Below the pieces are notes generated by a model. The model saw only the letters and a program-made list of their open reading frames with translations. It made no database searches and was not told the origin of the DNA. A stretch of 64,000 nucleotides of DNA from Blasia pusilla. Taxonomy: Eukaryota. The stretch is from assembly GCA_050084515.1 (NCBI GenBank), contig CM114271.1, forward strand, positions 26,660,001-26,724,000, in the 5' to 3' direction. A program made the translations under genes and the position numbers. Shown here one piece after another: positions 39,012 through 50,336 of the stretch. Positions within the stretch are counted from its first letter, which is position 1. Each line of letters starts with the position of its first letter.

Positions 39012-42000
39012 AGTCTTTGTTCCCTACTCTCATAATCAATAATGATGTGAATATTTCTACCCAATAGAATATTGAAAAGGTTGGTAATAGTTACGGGTTG
39101 CGGTCGGTTCCACATTGGTATTGTTAATGTAGAGGTTGGGAATAGTTTGAGAAAACATGACAGATGCTAAACGCGAGGGCCAACGAAAGTGCACGATCAT
39201 TGTTAGGTCTAGTGGGCGCACTGGGTGTTGACTGTATGATGGTCTAGCTTGGCCGAAAATACACGATGTCAGGGTTGGGACGGCCATCCCTTGAATGCCA
39301 CCTCTTTCCCCTCCTTTTGATTTTAAAATTAGGAAATGATTTTTTTTCCCCATTTGACTTTAATGCCAATTTTTAGTTCTCGCTTAATGGCCCCCCAAAA
39401 TTTGGGGTTCAACTCCCACATAAGAAAATTTGATACTTACTAGCACTCCCCAATTTTTTTCACTCAACTATCCTCTGAATAAGGGAGTTTTCACTCAACA
39501 ACCTCCCAAATGATTATTACCCACAAAGAGTGTAAATTCTTATATCAAACAATAAGGATGGCACTTGTTTTACACTCAAAAGTCAAAATAACGTATTGTT
39601 TGAATGATTTCATGCGTGGCTTTGTGATTTACAACTTGAATATTTTTGGAAAATTGGAAAAAAAAATCTTTGGAGAAAGGACATTGAGTTTGGTGAAGTT
39701 CATGTTAGTTCTACTTTTTATTGGAGGACACCTTTCCAATCTATAACACAATTTTCAATCCCTAGTATCTTTGATTGTTTGTAAAGTGAGAGGTTGTAGA
39801 ATAAATTTAAGATCATGAAAAGTTTCCAACCACTCACTTTCAAGTTGAGCCTTGTTCAAGGTTTGTTGTATATCTACCATCTAAGACAACCTTATAAGGC
39901 TACAAGTGTTACTTCGCAGTGAGTTCAATGGCCCATTTGCTATGACCTAATTTTCAAAGTACATTTACGACTCAAAGTTTAAAATTCTCACTATTCATAT
40001 AGTTGTATCAACAAAATAGATAATATCAAAGAAAATTGTGCAAAGTTTTCCACAAAAGTATATTTGAAATCGATGGATTTTCTTATCTTATTTTATCCAT
40101 TGGTTGCCTTCATTATGCAAAGTGATATCTCATTTTTAAGTGCCAACATATCAAGCCGGATAAAATATTATGTTTAAAAAAACAACATTTTAAAGTAAAA
40201 CCATGCATATCTTAAGATGTTCTAGAAAGAAATAATGAGAACTCCTGGAAATTTCAAATTTTAATTTAGAAGTTTACATCCCTAAATTGTTGAAGATTTC
40301 CAAGTTTCTAAGTAGATGATGTGGTGATTGAGGTAGAATCAACATTATGTTCTCCTTGATAAGTTTGAGTGTAGAACCAAATTTGGATGAAGTCTCCATG
40401 ACCCTATCGGATCTATTAGGAAAATAATGCATCATTTGAGATTTAATCATATATTGGCCTCACTACAAGTAAATTCATTTTTTATATGTACAATATGAGC
40501 AAACAACTGAGTTACGTGAGGAGTCTCCTCGCGGTGACAAGTTTCCTTTGAGGCAATGTATGGAAGTGATATGTGTCTATTTACAAAAAAAAAGAATAAA
40601 AGGTAGTGAGGGGTAAGTTGAGTTAAGGTAAGAGAGGGAGTAAAAGGAGGGGAGGGAGGATCTTTACAGTTTAAATTTGAGGCCTTTAACGAGTATAGGT
40701 TAAATTTATTCATTTTTTCAATTTCTTCCTCTTTCTAATGAATTCATTTTTCATTCTAAAAAAATTGGGGGATTAGATTTAAATAAATAATCTGGATTAA
40801 TTATTCCTAAAATTTAATAAGCTTAAAATTTAAAAGGAAAAAATTCGACCATTATTAGGGTAAGATAATTTTATTTGAAAAAAAATAGGACATAGAAAAA
40901 AGATTGAAAAATTCAAGAAGGGGTACCAAATGATGTTTCCATGACTTATCATAAATTCTTACAATTTTTCAATGGTCTTAATTTTCAATTTTCCAAAAAC
41001 TGTTTTATTTCTTTCCACAAATTTTTAAAAAAAAAGTATCTATACTATAATGTGAGGAGAGGGAGGTAACTTCTTTTGGTAACTTTTTTTCCCAAAAAAT
41101 GAAGCCCCTCTAAAAATAATCGTTTCAAATGTACCCTTGTGAGAAAGAGTTAAAAACTCTCCACGACCTTACATTTGCAAGAGATTTTATTTCTCTAGCT
41201 TGTATTTGAAACTTTATTATATTTGAAGGAGAATTTTTTTGATCAGATCCTTTTGAACCAACTAGCCGTGGTAAGACACTTGTTAGTTCACTAGCTTTAG
41301 AGGTGTAAATAAAAGATTTTCTCTTTCTAAGTTGGAGCAGACTTGTCAAAGGAACCCAAGAAGAAGAGGCATCGTCAGATTGAAGGTGGTCAAAGCGTTA
41401 TCAACATAAGATTCCGTATAGAAATTGAGACGAAGGGTATTTCAAGGCAAATCTAAAATGTATGCCCATCTCTGTTGCGGTCCTTGGTTGCAACTCTTGC
41501 AGTCGATTGTTGGTACGGGGCTCTTGGGATTTTCCGCAAGGACACGCTTTTTGTCATTATCCATGATCTCTGGCTTTGGATTCCCGGGGCCCGGACCATC
41601 CCACAATTCATTATCTTACAATGAATTTTCGAATTGAAACATGGATATTGTTTTGAGAGATTGAAGAGAAGAGCGTAGTGCAATTTCATGTAGATTGGAA
41701 AAATGCTCCCTTTGGCTCAAAAATTACTCTTCCCTTGCCGTTGCCTTTGGGACCCCGACTTTTGCTCTCAACCTCTGAATGTACACAAGAAAAAGGGCGA
41801 CACACACTCTCTTGTCTAGACACACTACTAGCGAGAAGAACAACAAAGTAGAAATAGAATTCGAGATTCTGCATCTCCCGATGAATGAATGAGTGACACA
41901 CGTTTCAAGATTCTACATCTCACGTTGAATGACTAAGTGAGTACGTGTTGCTATTCTCAGATGAGATCTCATCGAAGTCAGACTTTGGGAAAGCAGTCAT

Positions 42001-42124
42001 AATCGCAATCATCTACCAAGATTTGGTTCACCCTTCATTTTTGAAACATCCTCTTAGCGACAGAATTTCAGACTCCGGAGTTACAAATCGAATTTACCAA
42101 ATTTTCAAGAGGTAGTAGCGGGAA

Positions 42125-43219
42125 TCCATTGAGGCAAGGTCGGACATTGGAGAAGTTAAGGATTATGAGAGCAACCGCTGCACTTACGGCACTCCATGAA
42201 AGATCTAATCCGATCAAGAGGGCTACCAAGAAACCTGCGGTGATTGTAAACACGGAAGCCTTACACAACCTCGACCTCAAAATTCAACGATTTACTCCTC
42301 CCAGTCTTCCAATCCCATCAATGGATTGCCTCAGAGAACCACTAGCCATTTTGTTTGGAGATGGACCAAATGATGCTACATTTGCTTCATGCGATGGAAC
42401 CTCCGGCTGTCCAGATGATACATCTCCATTCGGCACCACTGATGCTTCGATGGAATGTTGCTCGAATCGATCGGGACGAGGTAAAATGGTTGCACGGATT
42501 GTGGAGAGTACCTTGATTTTGACAACACTATTGATACTAGCAAGAGGATATTCATGTTCTGCGTGACCATCTCCGACGTCTGAATCCGTCGACAAACGCT
42601 TCAAATAGAACAACAAAAATAAGACCATGTTCGCCATGGTTCCCACCACAATCTATGGAACGACTCTTGCTATAAACTTCCCGAAGCTAATTCCACTTTC
42701 AGCTGCAATCATAAGATTTTGAGGGTTTCCAATGGGGGTTTCCGCAAATCCTATGTTGGCGCTAATAGGCAAGGCCATGAGGAAAGGCAATGGTGGGATT
42801 GGAGCTTCTTCTTGTAGCAAAGCCTTAGTACAAACTCTGTGAGAACCTCACAAGTGGAATCGTTGGTGAAAAAAGCACTAGATAAGGATGAAAGTATACA
42901 CTCGACACAAAACATTCTTGCCCTCTCTACTTTTCCACGACAAGATAGATCCCAAGTACTTGTATATGTCAGCTCGTTCCAAGTACACACTCAACACCAT
43001 CGTGCCAAAAAGAAGGGTAAGAATAGGAAGATCTATCGCTTGAAATGCAGCTTTTGGAGGAATGACTTGGAAAATCACCATAAGGACAACGCCTAGAAGA
43101 GATCCCGCAGTTTTGCCGATGGGAAGACGTGTCACTGATGGAAACATTGTTAGAATCCACCAGAGGATGAAAGCTACGCATCCTAGAGCCACCTTTCATG
43201 GGTCCGCCCACATAGTCAT
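42125..43219 (-). pseudogene. LSI2: Lsi2-like silicon efflux / ArsB-family transporter pseudogene, 3'-truncated
   Basis: LPIGKTAGSLLG...AIDLPILTLLFGTMV...FTNDSTC.VLTEFVL...PFLMAL..SANIG...TPIGNPQNL...GLDLSWSA. Premature stops at 43196-43198 (TGA) and 42653-42655 (TAG); frameshifts near 42895, 42810 and 42283. Similarity ends after VRPCL. Confidence 0.92.
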
Positions 43220-45126
43220 GATGATTGCAAGCCTAGTGGCTCACAGCTGATGGATTTATAGGGTTGACTAATAAGAGGCTACGGAGTTCAATTATGAATT
43301 TTAACTGTTGCATCGTGACAATTGTGAATTGGGAGCATCGAGGTTGAAAGAGAACAATCAACATGGAGCTAGCAATGACGAGTGATTGAGGAATAAGTGC
43401 TAGAAAATAGACGTTGAAGCAGTGCTCGGGTGGCTCCTTTACACATATTGGAAAATTACCGACATTCAATCATCTCGGTTCAACAATTTTCAAATCCCCG
43501 TTGAAAATTTCATAGTTTTAAAATTTGCCCAAACTTTCAGACTCGCCGTTGTTGGTTCAACCGCAAGTCTATGTCTTTCCGAGAACGTAGAACGAGGATG
43601 GGGAGTGGTAAGATGGAGAAGTGAGTGGTAAGGGGATGGGGCTCTCCTCGTGTCTATAGTTCATCCTCTTATATTCATAATTTAGGATTTTTTATCAACT
43701 CAACTTGGTAGTTCTTTTTAAAGAATTTGCAATAGCTTTACTTTCTAAACTTGGTTGAATTATTAATTATATTATATTTATGTTTGATATTGAAAATTTG
43801 ATTATCATGTTTTCATTGCATCCAATCATATTGCATCTACGAAGTGAGCCTGATTGGTGTAATATCAACTCTCTCATCGAGATGCAAGAGGCCTTTAATT
43901 GCAAAAAAAAATAGTAGAGACTGGGAGTCTTGAATGTATACTAGAGAGAGAGAGATGAGGAGCTCAAATTTTCTTTAACTTGCTTGCAAAGAAAATGAAA
44001 ATTATTTCATGTGGTGCCTACTTTGTCAACTCCTTCAAATGTTTTCAATGAGGCTGAGGAGGTTAGGGAGGTTGGAAGAGGCCAAGAAGTTTTGGATACT
44101 CTCTATAGTGATGAAAGACGCTCCATAGATTTAAGCCCGGGTCTTGAAGAACATGACAATGTAGATTACTCTTCCACTTCCCTTTATGATTCCTAGGGAT
44201 GGTATGTCGGTGATAAGTTTGATAGGGAATATAGGCATATCGATTACATGGATATCGATAATAGTGGTGATAGTAATGAGATTGGAGATTTGATGTTTGA
44301 TATTCTTTCTCCTAATCATCATGACTAAAAATTCCCCATTTTTTTTTTTGTCTATTGAAAAAATTCTAATTCATCTGACCAAAAATTGGACATATTTTCT
44401 TATATTAAAATAAAATATGTAAAATTTTCATGGTAAAATTTGATGCCCGTGCATTCTTACCGGTTTTCATTATTTTAAACTTACATTTAGAAAACGTGCA
44501 TCTTACTTTACTATCTAGTCAATAGGAACATGCCAAAATGAATGAAATGAATTCATTACAAAAACAAAAGTTGCACATTGAAATCTTACAAGTGGAAGAT
44601 TTTAATGTCCACATTACTCGCTCCATTTTACCAAGAGTCCAATCGGCCCTTTCTTTTCCATTTACAAATAGTGTCACTTAATATAAGAAATAAAAGAGAA
44701 TACTCCCTCTAAACCGTACAATGGCGCACAGTGTCGAACAGTCGAAGTTTGTTATGCAAAGGCCTGCCCGTGCGCGGGGATCGCTTAAGTCGAGGTTTGT
44801 CCTCAAGCGGTCCGCGTAACTATTCATACGGGAAATGGCGTGGTGTGTCCCGCACATGTCTACAACGGGAGCGTTTAAGTCGAAGTTTGTCCCGTGTGCG
44901 TCGTAGTTGCGAAGTTGCGGGGAGACGAGAGCGCAGCGCCGCTGACAGCATGACGCGATTGACAGGTGGGCATGGCGTATGTCATATTCGTGACGAACGG
45001 CGGAAACGACCAGCGAGTATCCTCAGGACTAATAGGGCGTCTCAGAAATGTGTTTGTGGCTCGGACGTACGAAGCCATAACTCTGCTGGGGTGTAATAAA
45101 AAAAAAATATATATATACAGAAAAAG

Positions 45127-46497
45127 GATGGGAATCCCATCATGATACAAAAGAGGGGGCATGAGATCCAAAAAATAGATCTCAAGAGGCCCGAACCAGC
45201 CTTTCTTCTTAACGATCAAAAACAACGAAGCCAATATCAGCAACACTTAGAAAACTATGATTACTACTAAACGGGCCTCTAGCATTGGGGTCTCCAATCG
45301 CCTGAGCCCGCCGCATAAGCCCATTTGCTCGGGTGCGGGTCACCATCGTCGAAAGTGGACGCTCACCTCCTACGGCCGGACGTCCTAAACATATTCATAA
45401 GTCGGAGGTCTTCAAACCTACGGAATCTCTCAATATAAACGTTCCAGGGACATAAACGAAACCGTCTCTGTTTTATGGTCAAGAGCTCGAAGGACGTCTA
45501 AAATTCTACGGCCTCCAAGTGAAGCGCCCTAATGGACACTTGCGCCGATTGCATCCACGGTCCACTGGACTCTGGAACGAATTTCTTCTTCCGGGTCGAT
45601 GGGGGCTCGGACGTGTCCGCCACTAGCGAGCGCTTCGGATCTTGCCCAGGGCGGCGGCAGCGGCAGTGCCCGCGTAGTTTTCCCGAGAGAACCGGTACAT
45701 TCCAGTTCCGCTCAAAACGGAACGGTAAATTCTAAAAGTTTCCTCATGCCGGTCGGCTACTCTGTCAGAGACGAGGACAAAAGAAAGCCTGTTTACGCCG
45801 TCGGGTTTTGGCCGGTGCTGGGAAAAACTGAATCCTTATAAGTTTAATATTATTCCGGCTATGTCGACATGTAACCCCGGTTCTCCCCGGGGAATCGCCT
45901 CTCCCCTCTCCCGATGTTGGGCGTTCGCGTGAGCGTAACGACTGCTTCAGACCCCCCGGAGTCCGGACTGCCAGAGTGATTCGAGGAGGTCGCTGACCGA
46001 GTCGGTTGGACGGACCTACAGGAGGGAAGGAAACTACTGAACCGGCCCCCGTCCATCTAAAGCCGATCGGAATCCGAAGGCGGGGCTCGCGCGGCCCTAC
46101 GATTCGCAGTGATTATTAACCGTCGGCCCGGAATCCAGGACGGGCCTGGGTGAGGTCGGATGAAACCATCGCCTTTTTAGACACGATGTGGAGTCCGTTG
46201 TTACTTGAATTCAATGCCCTGTTCTTAGTTTTCTAAAGCAGATGAGTGATCCTGGGTGACCTGCGGGAATCATGGTGAAGAGCAGTGGAACACGCCGTGG
46301 GGAGACTTTAGAGTTCAGATTCGGGTCCGCTTGAAGTCGAGCAGACTCTCCCTCCCTTTTGGGGGAGAGTCTCTGCTGTTGGTGAGTTTCGTCGTTAAGG
46401 GGGGAATGCCCCTTCTTCCTTTTCTGGTCCTGTTGTGGCCTTCAGGTTTTGACTCTTTGAGTCCCCCTCTTTTGTACTTCCGATGGGTTTTCCATCA
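45127..46497. repeat. GC-rich ~1.37-kb element bounded by imperfect inverted repeats; related segments at ~13978-14033 and ~63317-63930
   Basis: Left end GATGGGAATCCCATC...TACAAAAGAGGGGG versus the reverse complement of the right end GATGGAAAACCCATC...TACAAAAGAGGGGG. No TSD found. Confidence 0.65.
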
Positions 46498-47007
46498 CTC
46501 GTTTTTATCGAAGTGCATCTTTGTTCCTTTGGGGGGTCTGGACTCTGGAGACGAGAATCCGTGAAGCGCTTGTCGCGTAGTGGGGCAGGACAGGCGGTGT
46601 GACCGAATCCGACGGTCGTTCATTAAGGTCAGTGATCCTCGCACTCCAGACGGGAAGTTGGAAACGACCTGCGGCCATGAGCCATAACGGATCGGTCATA
46701 AATGCAGCGGGTAATTCTCATGTATGACCCATTTGGGGACCGCTTGAAAAACGGCGAAAGGCGATCCGGTCCCTTAATGTGACAGATTCTTGAAACTGCA
46801 AGAAATGCGTCGAGGCCACGATGCAATATTCCTGTTCCGCAGTTTGGCCCGGAATGCTAGAAAGTGCACCGGAAACATGAGATACAGAGGATGCCACGAA
46901 ATTAACAGCAATCAGGCGCGTGTAGTCACTCGGCACGAGAACACAGACGTGGTGAAATGGACTTTGTCATCATCGACGAGCACAACAAATAATTCCGTGG
47001 ACAAAAT

Positions 47008-48249
47008 CTACATGCACGTCCTCGTACATAAAGCACGGGTCAGGGAATCTGTTGCGTTGACGGCGTTGGGCCAATCTTTGTACTGATTGGTTCTGGAGCA
47101 GACCAGTCGAAGGGAGCCGTGGATGGGCGAAGTTGAGACGGTGCACTGGGAGATGTCCAGTCCACTTTGACAACGCCAGAAGTTGGAGGGGATGCAGCTC
47201 ATGTAGTGGCACCACCTGCAAGTTCTACGGTTGTCGAAGCCAAATCCCTTGAACAGACTGAGAATGGCGGCCGTGTATCCCAGGAGCAAGAAGACCAACG
47301 CCAAACTCCATATCAGTACTTGTAGTCGGGTGTGCTTTACAGTTCCAACCCGCCCTCCGTTCATCGAATCCTCCGTGTGCGAATCGTGAATCATCGGGAA
47401 ACAGCACCTCTGCTTGATCCACGCAAACCTCGGCCTCACAAGGAAGATGAATCCCAGCAGAAACCCGGCGACGAAGCCGCCGACGTGAGCCAAGTTGTCG
47501 ACATGAGGCATCAGACCGAAGCTGAACGAGAGGGTCACGGCGAGAACTAGAGCTGCCAGCGAGCGGCTCCGATGCCTGTAGTTGGTCCAATTGATCAGCA
47601 TTTCTGCCACCGTCGCTCCTAAAAGTCCCATCAGAGCGCCGGAGGCGCCCACCGAAATCTGATTCTGCATGAAGAGAGCCGACAGCAAGCTTCCCCCGAA
47701 GCCCGACATGAAGTAAATGATTCCCACTCGTAACCCTCCGAAATCCCGCTCAAGCCGCATTCCCAGTGACAGGAGTCCGATCATGTTCGCAATTAGGTGA
47801 AACAGGCCGGCATGTAGCCACACACAAGCTGCGAGCCGCCATCCTTCTCCTCCGTTTGTCACTAGATTCGACTCCAGAGCCCCCATATGCAGCAGCGATC
47901 GATACGAAGGTCCCAGCAACGGATTTTCATTCAGCGGTTGGAAGGACAGGCGGCCCAGGAACTGAAGAACGCACTTGTCAGGCCGGAGCGAATTCGCGGG
48001 GCAATCGTTCTCGTACATTGTGATGATGAACACTATGGCATGGATCACGAGCAAAGTTGGGACTATCCACGGAAATCTCGGTCTGTCCACCCGGTCGAAG
48101 TACGAGATTCCACGCCCGTGGTAGTGGAGTCCGTGCGCTGCCGGATCAAAATTGTAGTACGGTGAAGGTTTCGACGAAGGACTGCTACCGAAGGATGCCT
48201 TTCTCGGCACAGTTGTGGTCATGGTACCGAAGATTTGTGAAGGGTTCAT
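47008..48249 (-). CDS. Rhomboid-like intramembrane serine protease (plant RBL1-type), single exon, 413 aa
   Basis: SFQPLNENPLLGPS, EGWRL, WLHAG..HL..NM, catalytic VGASGA and DNLAHVGG; C-terminal CRWCHYMSCIP. First ATG at 48249 (the track's 48252 is TTG). Confidence 0.95.
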   Translation of the reverse strand: MNPSQIFGTMTTTVPRKASFGSSPSSKPSPYYNFDPAAHGLHYHGRGISYFDRVDRPRFPWIVPTLLVIHAIVFIITMYENDCPANSLRPDKCVLQFLGRLSFQPLNENPLLGPSYRSLLHMGALESNLVTNGGEGWRLAACVWLHAGLFHLIANMIGLLSLGMRLERDFGGLRVGIIYFMSGFGGSLLSALFMQNQISVGASGALMGLLGATVAEMLINWTNYRHRSRSLAALVLAVTLSFSFGLMPHVDNLAHVGGFVAGFLLGFIFLVRPRFAWIKQRCCFPMIHDSHTEDSMNGGRVGTVKHTRLQVLIWSLALVFLLLGYTAAILSLFKGFGFDNRRTCRWCHYMSCIPSNFWRCQSGLDISQCTVSTSPIHGSLRLVCSRTNQYKDWPNAVNATDSLTRALCTRTCM

Positions 48250-50336
48250 CAAAGGAATTCCGGGGCTGACGAATCCAAATTTGGTTGCGGATCTAGATTC
48301 CTGTCTCGCTCGCTCCAGTCTCTCCCCACCTTCATGTCGGCCGATTCGCTGTCCTGAATCACCACGGCAGGTGATTGTGTTAATGGTGGCGGTGGCGGTA
48401 ACGCCATCTCGATCCCAGCTTTGAATTTTGATCCTTCGAGCCGGGTGGAGACACGATCTTCCGCGGAAGATACATGTGGCGAAAATGGTTCCGGGCCGTC
48501 GTTGAAACGTTCGCGTTCTCTCACCCCCTCCTCACACTCTTCGTCTGTCTAGGGATTTCAAAGTGCTTGTGTTTCGACGACGACGACAGATCGTCCCTCG
48601 CTAGAAAAGATCTGTTCGGTATTCCAGCATTCTGCAAGATGCGAATCGCAATTTGATTTGGACGGGTAAATCGTAGGAACCAATGATTTCCTCAAGCGTT
48701 TCGCCTTTCTCGATGCCGACATGTCTCCATCTTCTTTTGGAACAACTTTTAGTTTCAGCTCTCCCACTGGGATGCCGTCTCAACTTGTCTCTCTCCTAAT
48801 CGAATGGGGCGTGCTCTCTCCGATAATCGTCGCGCCTGGCAGAAGCACGTCTCTGAATTTATTGGTGTTCCGCGAGTAGGACGTATGCGCCTGCTTCGAT
48901 CGAGATGGATCTACAATCCGGTGGTAGCCAGCGTCTAGCTAGTCCGCCAGCTTGAGAGCCAAGCTATGGTCTTAAGAACCGGACTTTTAAGCAGTTACGT
49001 GAAGAGCTAACGAACAAGAGCAGTCAGCCCCTTCTCACCCACATCCGAACTCGCGTTTCGTCCACCGTCTGAAAACTGTCACTAAACTCTTTCGCACCTT
49101 TCCTTGAAGATGCCTCCCAAAGGCCGAACCGACATAACGTTCTCCTAATTTAAGCATATTCCGCTTCATGTGACGACCCATTTTCCGTGCTTAAAGCTCG
49201 TACACCATCCCCATGGACGCAAGAAGAAGCGGAAACGGGGCGCGACAATGCTTCTCGGGCCCTGGCTCTCACTCGGTGTGAAATGATTGCGGTGCTACTC
49301 ACTGCTTTATCTTGTCGCGTACATTTCACACGATTACTCGGTGCTCGTATCGGACACGTCGTTTCCAACTCCCCACGACTGCTGTAGATTAGATAAATTA
49401 ATTCCTGTTGATATTTATTTACCTTGAAAATTCTGTAATTCTATATAACTAAAAAATCCTTGTTGAGATAAAAAACTTTGAGACCTTTTTGTTCGTGGTT
49501 AAATATTAAAATAATTTTTAATCCAAATACATCGATTGAAGAAACTATTCAAAATCATTTAGGCGATGGGGAGGGATGGAAGAAAAACCCACTTGTTGCG
49601 AGAGGGACCTGACTGAGGCTCATGAGGAGTGCACCGATTCCCGTGAAAACAGGGAATGCAAATCAGTGAGCAATGGATGATTTCAATCAGAGTGCACTTG
49701 GAGAATATTGTGCGGAATGGCTACAAGCGATTTGACATAACACGAAGGAGAATAAAAGCTTTTCAATAGAAAGCCTCCTTCGTTTTTTTTGGCAGTAGAG
49801 CTCGTTACGCTTTCTGTAAATTGTGATGATTATATGCAGCATTGCATTTAATCATCGCCTAAATTGTGATGCACAACAAGTGCGGGAGCCAGTAAAACTC
49901 ACCTGCCTAGTTTACGTATACAGGGAAGTTGAGGTCTCCAAAATCCTGAACTTCACCTTTAAATGCCAGCTAGGAAGATGGTCATTTATGGCCCATGTGT
50001 GAACTTCTGTTGTGGCAGCCGAGGGCAAATTCTGGTCTACGAAACAGTGAACATGGTCGAGAGGGAGGCGGCGATCAACGTATGAGACGCAAAGTCGGAG
50101 AAGACTGCTGGATTAGGTCGTTTATACTAAGAGACAAGTACAATTCGAGGCTCGTGGGGGAGGCTATGTCCATGTCCGACCTTTCCAATTTTTATTTATC
50201 GTGAGAGGACGTTTCTCTCCACTGAAGCGGATTGCAGGAGGGAAACTGAAGCTATCTGTGGCAGTGTAGGAAAGAAATGAGGTTGTGAAAGAAGGAGGCT
50301 GATCTTCAGACTGGTGCTGCGCGAAACACTTCCGCA

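Noticed and set aside
42129-42566. 145-aa plus-strand ORF, and ORFs antisense to the rhomboid and helicase
   Set aside because: Shadow frames of coding sequence on the opposite strand.
46183-46193. USE-like CTCCACATCG (minus strand) suggesting a snRNA/Pol III gene
   Set aside because: Mismatch to RTCCCACATCG, no TATA box at the expected spacing and no recognisable snRNA downstream.
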